A DNA stretch of 64,000 nt from an uncultured Lentisphaeraceae bacterium (GCA_964636295.1 CAZWQY010000001.1:16092-80091); one strand, 5' to 3'; shown: positions 33,281 through 42,786, numbered from the stretch's first letter. Made by a program: numbers and translations. Notes: generated by a model not told the origin, from the letters alone.

Positions 33281-33305
33281 CGTGTCCTCCGTTCGTCTGG
33301 GAAGG

Positions 33306-33314
33306 ATTATACCA
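33306..33314 (-). promoter_or_regulatory. extended -10 promoter TGGTATAAT for glgB
   Basis: The minus strand reads TTTGGTATAATCCTTCCCAGACGAACGGAGGACACGATG. The box is 25 nt before the ATG and a GGAGGA RBS follows. Confidence 0.6.
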
Positions 33315-33319
33315 AACGG

Positions 33320-33769
33320 CTAGGGCTTTCGCCAGAGCGTGACGAAACTCTCCTGCTCCTTCTTGCCGCGTCCCTGTCCGCGCGCGCCCCACGTGACGGT
33401 GACGCGCACGCGAAAGAGGTTGTTCATCCGCTTGAGGTCGTCGTCGGACGGATTCCTGTCGAGGTTCTCGCGTTCCCACGTGAAGCCCCGGAACTTGTCC
33501 TGCTGCTCGCGCGTCAGACGCTCCTCGGACACGAGCTCCCACAGATCCGTCGCGCGCGTCTCCCGCACGTCGAGGTCGCCCTCTTCCGTCACCGTCTCAA
33601 GCGGATAGGCCATCTCGCCGAGATCCATGACCTCCTGCGCCGTCTCAAGCTCCGTCTGCGACAGCATCATCTTCTGCGACTGCGACATCGACATGAGGAT
33701 GCCCGTGAGGCCAAATCCCAGGAGAATGGCCGCGAGCAGAACCTCCAGCAGCGTGAAGCCCGCCCTCAT
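33320..33769 (-). CDS. prepilin-type N-terminal methylation-domain protein (minor pseudopilin-like)
   Basis: The N-terminus MRAGFTLLEVLLAAILLGFGL is a classic G-F-T-L-x-E prepilin motif. 149 aa. The ATGA overlap with the upstream gene is at 33766-33769. Confidence 0.7.
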   Translation of the reverse strand: MRAGFTLLEVLLAAILLGFGLTGILMSMSQSQKMMLSQTELETAQEVMDLGEMAYPLETVTEEGDLDVRETRATDLWELVSEERLTREQQDKFRGFTWERENLDRNPSDDDLKRMNNLFRVRVTVTWGARGQGRGKKEQESFVTLWRKP

Positions 33770-34602
33770 TCGCCGTCCTCCCGTCCGTCGCCCGACAAGA
33801 CCTTCGCCGCGCCAAAGCGGTCAATGCGAATCGAGAGGCCATCCTCTGGACGCTGCCCGTCGGCGTAGACCCAGACCTGGTGCGGATCGACGCGGCCGTT
33901 CGTCTCCCAGACGACGGAAACGGGTTCCTGCCGCTCGGCGGAAGCCCCCTTTGCCTTCTCGTCCACCGCCACGGCCTCCGCCTTCGCCACGGCCTTCTCC
34001 GCCGCCTTCGCTTCCTTGAACTTCCCAAGCAGATAGTCGACGTTCGAGAAGACCGACAGGCGCGGCTTGCGGCCGTCCGCCGTGCCGTCCAGCCCCTCGT
34101 CGCCCATGACGACCTTCAACCGCATGCCCTTGACGACCTCCTCCTTGATGGGCGCGAAGAGGACATCCTGCACAAGCGAGCCGCCGGTCTCCCCCTTCGA
34201 CGAAGCCGGCGCCGCGTCCGCCGCCGCATCCGCCTCGGCCCGGACGCGCCCGCGTTCCCGCGCCGTCGCCGCAAGCGGCTCGCCCGTCAGCGTTCGAACC
34301 TTCGCGCGGTCGATCTCGCCGGAAAACAGCTTGGCGGACGTCATCTCGACTTTCGCCAGCGTCTCGCCCTCGACCTCGTCGGTCGAATAGGTGATGATGA
34401 CGGGCTTCTGCGACACGAGCGCCTGCGACCGCGCATGGCGAATCGCCGCGAAGATGTCGCGCGTCGCGCCCTTGACGCGCGCCGCGCCCTGCCCCGCGCG
34501 AATGCTGACGACCCCAACGCCCGCCATCGCGCAGATGATCGCGACAATCACCAGCAGCTCGATGAGCGTAAAGCCCCCGCGCCCCTTCGCGCCGCCCGTC
34601 AT
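33766..34602 (-). CDS. prepilin-type N-terminal methylation-domain protein (GspH-like pseudopilin, extended)
   Basis: Starts MTGGAKGRGGFTLIELLVIVAIICAMAG. I trimmed the ORF to the ATG at 34602, which overlaps the amidase stop as ATGA. Confidence 0.65.
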   Translation of the reverse strand: MTGGAKGRGGFTLIELLVIVAIICAMAGVGVVSIRAGQGAARVKGATRDIFAAIRHARSQALVSQKPVIITYSTDEVEGETLAKVEMTSAKLFSGEIDRAKVRTLTGEPLAATARERGRVRAEADAAADAAPASSKGETGGSLVQDVLFAPIKEEVVKGMRLKVVMGDEGLDGTADGRKPRLSVFSNVDYLLGKFKEAKAAEKAVAKAEAVAVDEKAKGASAERQEPVSVVWETNGRVDPHQVWVYADGQRPEDGLSIRIDRFGAAKVLSGDGREDGE

Positions 34603-35531
34603 GGCGTCTCCGTCTGCACGCCGTCCTCGGCGGCGCACCAGTCGGCAATGCCGTCGGCAATGGCCGCAGCGACCTTCTGACGGCGCGCGCGATTCCAGCA
34701 GTCAAGTTCCCCCTCGGGCGTCGTCAGGAAGTCCGTCTCGACCAGGCAGGACGGAATCTCCGGATTGCGCGTGACGGCAAAGTTCGCGTGCACGATGCCG
34801 TTGTTCGTCAACGAGGCCCCGAACGCCGCCGCAAGACGGGCGTTCACGGCCCGCGCCAAGTCTTTTCCTATCGCGTTCCAGGCATAGACGGCGTGATACC
34901 GAATCGTGCGCGGATCGCGGTCGGCCGCCGGCGCATTGTGGTGAATCGAGACGAACGCATCCGCCCCATGCGCATGCGCGACCTTCGGACGGCTCAGAAG
35001 CGGAACCGCCACGTCCGTCTCGCGCGTCATCACGACGCGATAGCCGCGCGCCGCCAAGGCGTCGCGGACATTCCGCGCCAACGCCAGGTTCAAGTCCGAC
35101 TCCTTGAGGTTGTGCGGACTCATCGCCCCCGTCTCGACGCCGCCATGCCCCGCGTCAATGACAACCGTAATCTCGGACGGCGGCCTCCCGCTCGGCCGAG
35201 GCTTCGGAACGTCCCCGGCATACGGAAGCTTCGAATAGACCTTCTTGGACGGCTTGGGCGCAGTGCCGGGCGAGGCCGCCCGAACGGGACGCTTCCCGAC
35301 GACGAACGTGCGCGTGACACCCGCGACGTCAATCACGTTCGTGCCGGGAACGACATCCGCCATCGTGATCCATCCGCCAAGCGGATGGACGGCGACCAAC
35401 CGCCCCTGGACAAGGACATTCGACGTCCCCGGCTCGACCGCGCCCGACACGTAGCACCGCTCGATGAACGGCAACCGCTGCCCTTCCTTCGGAAAGGCGA
35501 TGACGGCCGCGACGAGAAAGGAAAGAACCAT
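34599..35531 (-). CDS. N-acetylmuramoyl-L-alanine amidase (Amidase_3)
   Basis: Contains VVIDAGHGG...ESDLNLALA...GADAFVSIHHNA and a later ETDFLT motif, typical of AmiA/B/C-type amidases. Confidence 0.8.
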   Translation of the reverse strand: MVLSFLVAAVIAFPKEGQRLPFIERCYVSGAVEPGTSNVLVQGRLVAVHPLGGWITMADVVPGTNVIDVAGVTRTFVVGKRPVRAASPGTAPKPSKKVYSKLPYAGDVPKPRPSGRPPSEITVVIDAGHGGVETGAMSPHNLKESDLNLALARNVRDALAARGYRVVMTRETDVAVPLLSRPKVAHAHGADAFVSIHHNAPAADRDPRTIRYHAVYAWNAIGKDLARAVNARLAAAFGASLTNNGIVHANFAVTRNPEIPSCLVETDFLTTPEGELDCWNRARRQKVAAAIADGIADWCAAEDGVQTETP

Positions 35532-35560
35532 CGGACGTCAAGGGCGCGCGAGCGAACCGC

Positions 35561-36706
35561 TCAGTCCGCAGAGAAGCGATACTCGGTGCGGCTCCGGAAC
35601 GTCTCGCCGGGACGAAGAACCGTCGTCGGGAAGTCGGGACGGTTCGGCGAGTCCGGCACGTGCTGCGTCTCAAGCGCCACGCCCGCGAACGTCGGCAGCA
35701 TCCGCCCCGCCGTCTTCGCCGGAAGCGTGCCGTCCATGTTCTGCGCGCCATACATCTGCATGCACGGCTCAGTCGTCCAGATCTCCAGACGGCGGCCCGA
35801 CGCGGGATCGCGCATCGTCGCGGCCGGATGCAGTTCGCCCATCGCGCCGCGCAGGACGAAGTTGTGGTCGTACCAGCCGTCCATCGGCCAGTTCGCCGGA
35901 TGGGCGGCCATCCACGCGGCCCGCGCGCCAATCGGCCGCAGGGTCGTGAAGTCGAAGCCCGTCCCCTTCACGGGCGCGTGCTGCGTCGGGATAAGCCCCG
36001 CGTCCGTCTGCGTGTAGAGGTCGGCGAAAATCTGGAGTTCCTGCTTCAGGACGTCGCCGCTCGCCTCGCCCGCCATGTTCCAGTAGCTGTGATGCGTCAG
36101 GTTGAGCACGGTCGGCTTGTCCGTCGTCGCCTCATAGTCGATCGTCCAGACGTTCGTCGGCAACACGCGGTACGTCACCTTGCAGACAACCTTGCCGGGG
36201 AAGCCCATGTCGCCGTCCGGCGAGACGAGCGACAGCACAAGGCCGACCGTCTCGCCCTCGACAAAGGGCCGCGCCTGCCAGACCTTCGTGTCCCAGCCGT
36301 CCGGCCCGCCATGGATGTTGTTGTGGCGCGGCGGCTTGTCTTCGCTGATCGGCAGCTGGTACGTCTTGCCGTCCAGCGTGAACTTTCCGTCGCGGATGCG
36401 GTTGCCGAAGCGGCCGATGAGCGTGCCCATCGAAAAGCCGTTCTTCTCGTATTCCGCCGCCGTGTTCCAGCCCAGCGTGACGTCCGCCAGGTTGCCGAAG
36501 CGGTCGGGCGCATAGCAGCGCACGAGACGCCCGCCGTAGTCGCTGACGTCCAGCACCAGCCCGCCCGCGCCGCGCAGGGTGTAGAGAGCCGTCTCCGTGC
36601 CGTCCGAGAGCCGGCCAAAGTCCCGCTTCGTCGGCGGCTCGACCGCCGCCAGCAGCGTCCCGACCGCCAGCGCGGCCACCGTCGTCATCAGCATCCGTTT
36701 CTTCAT
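35561..36706 (-). CDS. galM: aldose 1-epimerase (galactose mutarotase), secreted
   Basis: Signal peptide, then GRFGNRIRDGKFTLDGKTYQL...NNIHGG and HSYWN. 381 aa. Confidence 0.85.
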   Translation of the reverse strand: MKKRMLMTTVAALAVGTLLAAVEPPTKRDFGRLSDGTETALYTLRGAGGLVLDVSDYGGRLVRCYAPDRFGNLADVTLGWNTAAEYEKNGFSMGTLIGRFGNRIRDGKFTLDGKTYQLPISEDKPPRHNNIHGGPDGWDTKVWQARPFVEGETVGLVLSLVSPDGDMGFPGKVVCKVTYRVLPTNVWTIDYEATTDKPTVLNLTHHSYWNMAGEASGDVLKQELQIFADLYTQTDAGLIPTQHAPVKGTGFDFTTLRPIGARAAWMAAHPANWPMDGWYDHNFVLRGAMGELHPAATMRDPASGRRLEIWTTEPCMQMYGAQNMDGTLPAKTAGRMLPTFAGVALETQHVPDSPNRPDFPTTVLRPGETFRSRTEYRFSAD

Positions 36707-36723
36707 TTTTTTTTACCCCTTTC

Positions 36724-38004
36724 TCACTTGACCGGCAGAAGCTTCTCCTGCCCGTTCATGTAGGGACGAAGAACCTCCGGAATCGTCACCGACCCGTCTT
36801 CGTTCAAGTGCTGCTCCAGAAGCGCGACCACGAGGCGCGGCAACGCGACGCCCGAGCCGTTGAGCGTGTGGACGAGCTTCGTCTTGCCGTCCGCGTCCTT
36901 GAAGCGGCAGTTGAGGCGACGCGCCTGGTAGTCGGTGAAGCACGAGCAGGACGACACCTCCAGCCACTGCTGCTCGCCCGGCGCCCAGAGCTCGAGGTCG
37001 TAGCACTTCGCGGCCGAAAAGCCCATGTCGCCCGAACAGAGCTGGAGGACGCGGAAGTGCAGCCCCAGACCCGTCAAGACGTCCTCCGCCTCCTTGACGA
37101 GGACTTCCAGCTGCTCGAAGGAATGGTCGGGATGGACGAAGTTCACCATCTCGACCTTGTCGAACTGGTGGACGCGCAGCATGCCGCGCGTCATCTTGCC
37201 GGCCGAGCCCGCCTCGCGGCGGAAGCACGGCGTGTAGGCCGTGAGCTTGATCGGCAGATCCTTGCCGTTCAAGATGTCGTCGCGGTGGTAGTTCGTGACC
37301 GGAACCTCGGCCGTCGGAATCAGCCAGAAGTCGTCGATCTGGCAGTGGTAGAGGTCTTCGGCGAACTTCGGCAGCTGCCCCGTCCCCGTCATCGAGTCGG
37401 AGTTGACGACGAACGGCGGCAGCATCTCCGTGTAGCCCTGCTTCTGGCAGTGGAGGTCAAGCATGTACTGGATGAGCGCGCGCTGAAGCTTCGCGCCCTG
37501 CCCCAGGATGATCGGAAAGCCCGTGCCCGTCAGCTTCACGCCGCGCGGGAAGTCGAAGATGCCCAGCTTCTCGCCGATCTCGACGTGCGTCGGAATCTTG
37601 AACGCGGGGTCATGCCATTCGCCGACCGTGCGCACGACGACGTTCGCCGTCGAATCCATCCCCGTCGGAATCTCCGGCGCGGGAACGTTCGGAATCATGA
37701 GCAGCGTCTCGCGGAGGTCGTGGTCAACCTGCGCCAGCTCCTTGTCGATTTCGGCGATGCGGTCGCCGACCTGACGCATCTCCTCCTTCGCGGCGGCGAT
37801 GTCGCCGCCCTCCTTCGCGATCTTGCCAATCTCCTTCGACGCCGCATTGCGCTTCGCCTTCAACGCCTCCGTCTCGCCCACGAGCGCACGACGGCGCGCA
37901 TCGAGGTCTTTCGCCTTCTGGAGCGTCGCCTTCTCCACGCCACGCCGCGCCAACGCCGCCGCCGTCGCGTCAAAATCGTCCCGCAGTTTCTTGATGTCAA
38001 TCAT
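36724..38004 (-). CDS. serS: serine--tRNA ligase
   Basis: 426 aa from MIDIKKLRDDFD (ATG at 38004). It has an N-terminal coiled-coil arm and class II motifs (FRRE, TLNGSGVALPR). Confidence 0.95.
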   Translation of the reverse strand: MIDIKKLRDDFDATAAALARRGVEKATLQKAKDLDARRRALVGETEALKAKRNAASKEIGKIAKEGGDIAAAKEEMRQVGDRIAEIDKELAQVDHDLRETLLMIPNVPAPEIPTGMDSTANVVVRTVGEWHDPAFKIPTHVEIGEKLGIFDFPRGVKLTGTGFPIILGQGAKLQRALIQYMLDLHCQKQGYTEMLPPFVVNSDSMTGTGQLPKFAEDLYHCQIDDFWLIPTAEVPVTNYHRDDILNGKDLPIKLTAYTPCFRREAGSAGKMTRGMLRVHQFDKVEMVNFVHPDHSFEQLEVLVKEAEDVLTGLGLHFRVLQLCSGDMGFSAAKCYDLELWAPGEQQWLEVSSCSCFTDYQARRLNCRFKDADGKTKLVHTLNGSGVALPRLVVALLEQHLNEDGSVTIPEVLRPYMNGQEKLLPVK

Positions 38005-38035
38005 CGGATGCCCTTTCTCCTGTAAATTTCTGCAT

Positions 38036-38044
38036 ATTATACCA
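38036..38044 (-). promoter_or_regulatory. extended -10 promoter TGGTATAAT for serS (and downstream galM-amidase-pseudopilins)
   Basis: The minus strand reads TGTGGTATAATATGCAGAAATTTACAGGAGAAAGGGCATCCGATG. The box is 31 nt before the ATG and a GGAGAAAGG RBS follows. Confidence 0.6.
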
Positions 38045-38074
38045 CATTTCCGAACCCCTGGCCGCTCGTCTTCC

Positions 38075-39175
38075 TTACGCGACGCGACGGAATGCGCGAA
38101 CGCCAAGCGCCAGGAAGAGGACGTCCGGCAGAAGCGCCGCCGGAATGACCGGAAACCAGCCGTTCTTGGCCAAAATCATCATGAAAATCGTCAGGCCGTA
38201 GAACGAGAAGTAGAGCCCCAACGCCCCCAGAATGCCGCGAAAGACGCTCTGCCGCCCCGTAGCAATGCCGGCGGGAATGGCGAAAAGCGTAATCACGAGA
38301 CAGGCCAGCGGCGAAAGGATCTGCGCCCAGACGTCATAGAGGTAGTCGCGGCGACGATCCGCGTCCAGACCCGGATGGGCGCGCAGATACCCCAGCCGGT
38401 CGCAGACCGAGTTGAACTTCCACGGACGGTTCTGCACGAGGAAGTCGTCCGGGCGCTCGTCGAACGTGGGGAAGCTTCGAAGCGTCAGCGCGTCCAGCTC
38501 CGGCGTCGGCGTCGCGATCTCCTGGCCGAGCGCGTCATAATGCTGGACTTTCGGATGCTCGAACCACCACTCGCCGTCCAGGAAGTCCGCGCGCGCCGCC
38601 GTGACGTTCATGAGCCGCGCGCCGCCGTTCGGACGATCGACCGTCACGCGCACGTTCCGCAGGCTCGTGCCGCGCGCATCGGCCAGATCGCCGATCTGCC
38701 ACGTCCGCGCCGCCGCCGTGTTGCGGAAGACGACGTTGTCGCCGCGCGCAAGCACGCGCGCATCGAAGCGGCACGCCTTCAGTTGCGACGCCCAGGCCGC
38801 GTTTTGCGGAACGAAGACCTCGTTCACGTAGACGACGAACAACGCCATCAGCACGGCGACCGCGAGAAGCGGACGGACGATCACGAGGAAGCTCACGCCG
38901 CTCGCGCGCATCGCGACGATCTCCGAATGGCGGCAGAACGTCCAGAGCGTGTAGAGCGTCGCGAGCATCAGCGCGGCCGGCGCAATGTAGTGGAAATAGG
39001 GCGCCAGGTAGCCGCAGAAATAGAGAATCGCCGCCCCCACCGGAATCTTCGCCTCGAACATATGGGAGAACGAGCCGAAAAGGTCGAAGAGGACGTAGAT
39101 CATCAGAAATCCGGTCAGGCAGTAGAACAGCGGGACCAGGAACTCCTTCAGGACGTAGCGAGACAGTATTTTCAT
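38075..39175 (-). CDS. LptF/LptG-family (YjgP/YjgQ) permease
   Basis: 366 aa from MKILSRYVLKEFLVPLFYCL. It has three TM helices, a periplasmic beta-jellyroll region and three more TM helices, typical of LptF/G. The track ORF was trimmed to the ATG at 39175. Confidence 0.8.
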   Translation of the reverse strand: MKILSRYVLKEFLVPLFYCLTGFLMIYVLFDLFGSFSHMFEAKIPVGAAILYFCGYLAPYFHYIAPAALMLATLYTLWTFCRHSEIVAMRASGVSFLVIVRPLLAVAVLMALFVVYVNEVFVPQNAAWASQLKACRFDARVLARGDNVVFRNTAAARTWQIGDLADARGTSLRNVRVTVDRPNGGARLMNVTAARADFLDGEWWFEHPKVQHYDALGQEIATPTPELDALTLRSFPTFDERPDDFLVQNRPWKFNSVCDRLGYLRAHPGLDADRRRDYLYDVWAQILSPLACLVITLFAIPAGIATGRQSVFRGILGALGLYFSFYGLTIFMMILAKNGWFPVIPAALLPDVLFLALGVRAFRRVA

Positions 39176-39176
39176 G

Positions 39177-40727
39177 TCAATGGCCTTTTGTCGAACCAGA
39201 CAGGGTGAGAAGCGGATCCGAATACGGCGCGGACGAATCCATGCGCGCGAACGAGACGTAGCTCGGCGCCCCCCAGCCCGTGCCGGGGTTGCGGCCGACG
39301 ACGGTGATGTCCACGCGGTTCGTCGGCGAAAGCCCGCGTCGGTCAAGCGTCACCTTCGCGGCGGACGGCGACAGCCGCTCAACCGTGACGGCGACGCCCG
39401 CGCCATGCGTCTGCACGAACGCGAACTCCTGCGCGCCCTTCGCCTCGATCGTGAAGGTGCGCGTCTCGTCCGCCGCGCGCAGGACAAACGCCCAGGCGAA
39501 AGGCGTCGCGTAGGTCAGTTCCGGAGCGTCCGCCGGCGCGGCGACCGGGCCGGCCGTGACGGAAACGGCCGCAAGCGGCGGAATCGCCTTGACCGTCAGC
39601 GCGGCAGCAGCGGCGGCAAGCCGCTTCACGTCCGCGCCGTTCTTCGGAAACGCCGTCGGATGCGCCTTCGCCGAAAGGTAGTCCGTCTCGTTCGTGACGC
39701 CGACGAGCGTCTGGCGCAGGAGCGTCTGGATCGTCGGCGCCAACAGGCCGCGACGGACGATCTCGCGCTTCACGTCCGGCTGGAACGCGCGCGACGCCTC
39801 CAGCGCGGCGCGCAGATACGGCAAGTCCGAAAAGCTTCGCCCGGCCGTCGTGATCCAATACGGCGCAAGCGAAGCGAAGACGTCGCCGTTCGTGCCGACG
39901 GGCGGCGTGTCCGCGTTCGAGGGAAAGACCCACGTCTGGTTCGAGAGGTAGAGCTTCGCCATCCCGCCCAAACGCGCCGCGTCCGCCGTCAGGAGCGCGC
40001 GCGGAATCGAACGCCACATCGCGTTGCCCACGAACGCGCGCGAGCAGTTGCCGAAGACGGGATAGGGGAAAAGGACGTTCGGCGCGTTGAGGTCGACGCC
40101 GCGCGCACGGCCGTCCCGGTCGAGGCTCACGACCGTCAGGCCAGGAAACGCCGTCGCGTTGAGGAGCGAGTGCCCGCCGTCCCGGTTCATGTAGAGGTCG
40201 CCCGCGTTTCCGCCCGCCGACGCAGGCGCGAGCTTGAGGCGCGCGACAAAGCAGCCGACGTCGAAGTCCCAGTCGAGGTTCTGCTCGCCGAGTGCAATCG
40301 GCTGACCGAAGACGCCCGTCGCGGGCACGGTCGCAAGCGGGCCCATGAGAATCGGCCGCGTCTGCATCTCGCGCGCGTAGTCAAGCAGCTCCCGATAGCG
40401 CGGGAACTTCGCAAGCCGCCGGAGGTCGCCGTCCTTCGCGATCGCGTCCACGTCGCGGAAGCCGCAGTCGATCGCCTTCTCCAGCTCGTCGAAGGCCTCG
40501 TCCTGCCGCTTGGCGAAATAGGCCAGCGAACAGGCGAGGTTGTAGTGCCAGGTCGGATCGTCCGGCAGAAGCGTCACGCCCTTCCGACACGTCGATTCCA
40601 TGGTCGCGGTGTCGCCTTGGCGCAGCGCGGCCGTGAACTGGCGGCGCAGACGGTCGTGCGACGGGAAGCGCGCGGGATAGTCCCAGATCGACAGGACGGC
40701 GAAAAGAAGAGCAAACGCCGCGCTCAT
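39177..40727 (-). CDS. hypothetical exported/anchored protein with a short TPR-like N-terminal region
   Basis: 516 aa. It has a hydrophobic N-terminus (MSAAFALLFAVLSIW) and one TPR-like stretch (WHYNLACSLAYFAKRQDEAFDELEKAI). I do not recognise the rest. Confidence 0.5.
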   Translation of the reverse strand: MSAAFALLFAVLSIWDYPARFPSHDRLRRQFTAALRQGDTATMESTCRKGVTLLPDDPTWHYNLACSLAYFAKRQDEAFDELEKAIDCGFRDVDAIAKDGDLRRLAKFPRYRELLDYAREMQTRPILMGPLATVPATGVFGQPIALGEQNLDWDFDVGCFVARLKLAPASAGGNAGDLYMNRDGGHSLLNATAFPGLTVVSLDRDGRARGVDLNAPNVLFPYPVFGNCSRAFVGNAMWRSIPRALLTADAARLGGMAKLYLSNQTWVFPSNADTPPVGTNGDVFASLAPYWITTAGRSFSDLPYLRAALEASRAFQPDVKREIVRRGLLAPTIQTLLRQTLVGVTNETDYLSAKAHPTAFPKNGADVKRLAAAAAALTVKAIPPLAAVSVTAGPVAAPADAPELTYATPFAWAFVLRAADETRTFTIEAKGAQEFAFVQTHGAGVAVTVERLSPSAAKVTLDRRGLSPTNRVDITVVGRNPGTGWGAPSYVSFARMDSSAPYSDPLLTLSGSTKGH

Positions 40728-42160
40728 TTTCCGAGCCTCATCCAGCTGGGCAGCCGCACAAGCCGCGCCTCGCGGCTCTGGTTCGTCTCCATCGACTGGG
40801 CCGTGCCGATCGACGGGGACTCCAGCGACGCCAGACGGTTCATCAGCACCTGCTGGCGCGTCGCCTGCTGACGACGGAGGTCTTCCGTGTGCTGACGCTC
40901 GGCGACAAGCTCCTTCTCGCGCGTCTGCAGCTGCTCGCGCAAGGCCTCGACCTCGGCGCGCAGCTGCGTGACGTCCTTCGAGTTCTCCGCGAGCCGCGCC
41001 TCCTCGGCCGTGCGCGCGCGCAGCTGCGCCGTCAGTTCGCGCACCTTCGCCTCGCTCTCAAGCGACTCCAGCTCGCGCGCACGGCGCAGATCGTCCAGCT
41101 CCTTGCGCAACTGGGCCGTGCGCGGGTCTTCGGGACGATTCCGCAGGGCCTTGCGCGTCATGTCCTCAATGTTCGCGCCCGCGCGCTTGAGCATCTCGCG
41201 CCGACGCTCCAGCAAATGGTCGGCGCGTTCGAGATGACGCTGCTTGAACGCCTCGAACTCGCGCTTTTCCGCCTCAAGGATGCGCCCCAGTTCCTCGGCC
41301 TCGCCCGTCATGATCGAATAGACGGCGGCCTGAATGTCGGCGACCTCGCTCGCGGCCTGCGGCAGACGGCGCAGTTCGTCCTCCAACGCCTTGACCTGCT
41401 CCTGCAGCTTCGCCTCGCGGTCGGACGCCTCCTGCACCGCGCGCGCGGCCGCCTCGGCCTGGGCGCGCTGCTCCGCCGCGCCCTTCTGCGCCGCGTCCAG
41501 CTTCGCCTGAAGTTCGCCCGTGTGACGACGCTCCTCGGCCAGCAGTTCCTCCAGTTCCTTCACGCGCGTCTCGTCCACGACGACCTTCTCGACAATCTTC
41601 TCGACGGGAACCTCAACGCGAATCTCTTTCTCAACGATCTTCTCGACCGGAATCTCAACAATCTTCTCGACGACAGGTTTTGAAGACGGCGCGTCTGCGC
41701 CGTCCTCCGCCTCTTCCGCCCGCGCGTCTGCTTCCTCTGCGGCTTCGGGCTCGGCAACCAGCGCGTCCGCGCCGTCCCCCGCCGCTTCCGCCCGCGCGTC
41801 CGCTTCCCCTGCGGATTCGGGCTCGGCAACCGGCGCGTCCGCGCCGTCCGCCTCCCCCCCCGCCTCAAACGGCGCGCGCGTCTCAACCAGCGTCGCCGTC
41901 GCCGGCAACCGCCCGCTCGCGAGCAACGCCTCGGCCGCCGCCCGATGAAACGGCCCGCGCGGATTTCCATCGCCCAAGTCAATCGAAAAGCGCATGTCAA
42001 GGAACGGCACGTCCTCGACGCGCTGCCAGACGTCGCCGTCTTCCGAGACTTCCTGCCCCGGCTGGATGCGCCCCATCTTCGCCCACTCGACGAGACGCGC
42101 CGCCGACTCTGGCCCAAACGTCTCGTCCTGCGTCCGCAAATACCATGTTGCCTCGCTCAT
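40724..42160 (-). CDS. double GYF_2 (DUF4339)-like domain protein with acidic 24-aa repeats, VEKIVE repeats and a long coiled coil
   Basis: The N-terminus WYLRTQDETFGPESAARLVEWAKMGRIQPGQEVSEDGDVW is GYF_2-like. It is followed by PVEKIVEKEIRVEVPVEKIVEK and about 240 aa of heptad-like E/R/L/A/Q-rich sequence. Confidence 0.6.
   Translation of the reverse strand: MSEATWYLRTQDETFGPESAARLVEWAKMGRIQPGQEVSEDGDVWQRVEDVPFLDMRFSIDLGDGNPRGPFHRAAAEALLASGRLPATATLVETRAPFEAGGEADGADAPVAEPESAGEADARAEAAGDGADALVAEPEAAEEADARAEEAEDGADAPSSKPVVEKIVEIPVEKIVEKEIRVEVPVEKIVEKVVVDETRVKELEELLAEERRHTGELQAKLDAAQKGAAEQRAQAEAAARAVQEASDREAKLQEQVKALEDELRRLPQAASEVADIQAAVYSIMTGEAEELGRILEAEKREFEAFKQRHLERADHLLERRREMLKRAGANIEDMTRKALRNRPEDPRTAQLRKELDDLRRARELESLESEAKVRELTAQLRARTAEEARLAENSKDVTQLRAEVEALREQLQTREKELVAERQHTEDLRRQQATRQQVLMNRLASLESPSIGTAQSMETNQSREARLVRLPSWMRLGK
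41713..41856. repeat. intragenic 72-nt (24-aa) tandem duplication
   Basis: Two near-identical 72-nt units start at 41713 and 41785. They encode DGADA(P/L)VAEPE(S/A)A(G/E)EADARAE(A/E)A(G/E). Confidence 0.8.
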
Positions 42161-42786
42161 CCATGCCTCCTTCCAAACAGGCTCGCGACAAACCCCGACT
42201 CGCGCCCGCGCGCAAGCTCGCGCTGCGCGGCGGCTTCCAGCGCCGCCATGCGATCGCGGCCCAGTCCGCCGAAAAGCGAGTTCGCCGCGCGCGGCGGCGG
42301 CGTTTTGCCGACGGGTTCGACGACTTCGGGAACGACGAGCGCCGTGCGCGGCGGCGGCTCGACCTCGACGATCTTCTCCACGACGCGCTCGACGACCTTT
42401 TCGACGGGGACTTCGACGCGAACCTCTTTCTCGACGATCTTCTCGACTTCCACGATTTTCTCGACCGGCGGCGGATCCTCGTCAATCGCGAACTCGTGCA
42501 ACCGGTACGCCTTCGCCGTCGCGGCGAGCGAGCCGTCCTTGAAAAGGCGCGAGACGACCGCGCGATGAAACGGCCCGAAGAACTTGCCCGGCTCGGTCTC
42601 GACGAGCCACTTCATCTCCAGTTCGGACAAAAGCTGCGCCGGCTTCCAGTTGATGCGATCGACGGACACGTAGCACGACGGCTCGATGCGACCGTCCTGC
42701 GCCCACGCGACAAGCGACGAAAGGACGGCGGGGCCATAGACCATCCCGTCCTCGGTTCGAACAAACCACTCCTGCGAATCTGACAT
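42157..42786 (-). CDS. double GYF_2-like domain protein with VEKIVE repeats (short paralogue of 40724-42160)
   Basis: 209 aa from MSDSQEWFVRTEDGMVYGPAVLSSLVAWAQDGRIEP. It shares PPVEKIVEVEKIVEKEVRVEVPVEKVVERVVEKIVEVE with its neighbour. The track ORF was trimmed because its 5' extension reads through the tandem repeats. Confidence 0.55.
   Translation of the reverse strand: MSDSQEWFVRTEDGMVYGPAVLSSLVAWAQDGRIEPSCYVSVDRINWKPAQLLSELEMKWLVETEPGKFFGPFHRAVVSRLFKDGSLAATAKAYRLHEFAIDEDPPPVEKIVEVEKIVEKEVRVEVPVEKVVERVVEKIVEVEPPPRTALVVPEVVEPVGKTPPPRAANSLFGGLGRDRMAALEAAAQRELARGRESGFVASLFGRRHG

Noticed and set aside
33266-33285. TGGCAC on the minus strand at the glgB start, and other isolated TGGCAC hits (for example near 30645 and 14948), as additional sigma54 promoters.
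   Set aside because: None has TTGC at the required 10-nt GG-to-GC spacing, and all lie inside coding sequence. Only the 26555-26570 site fits the consensus.
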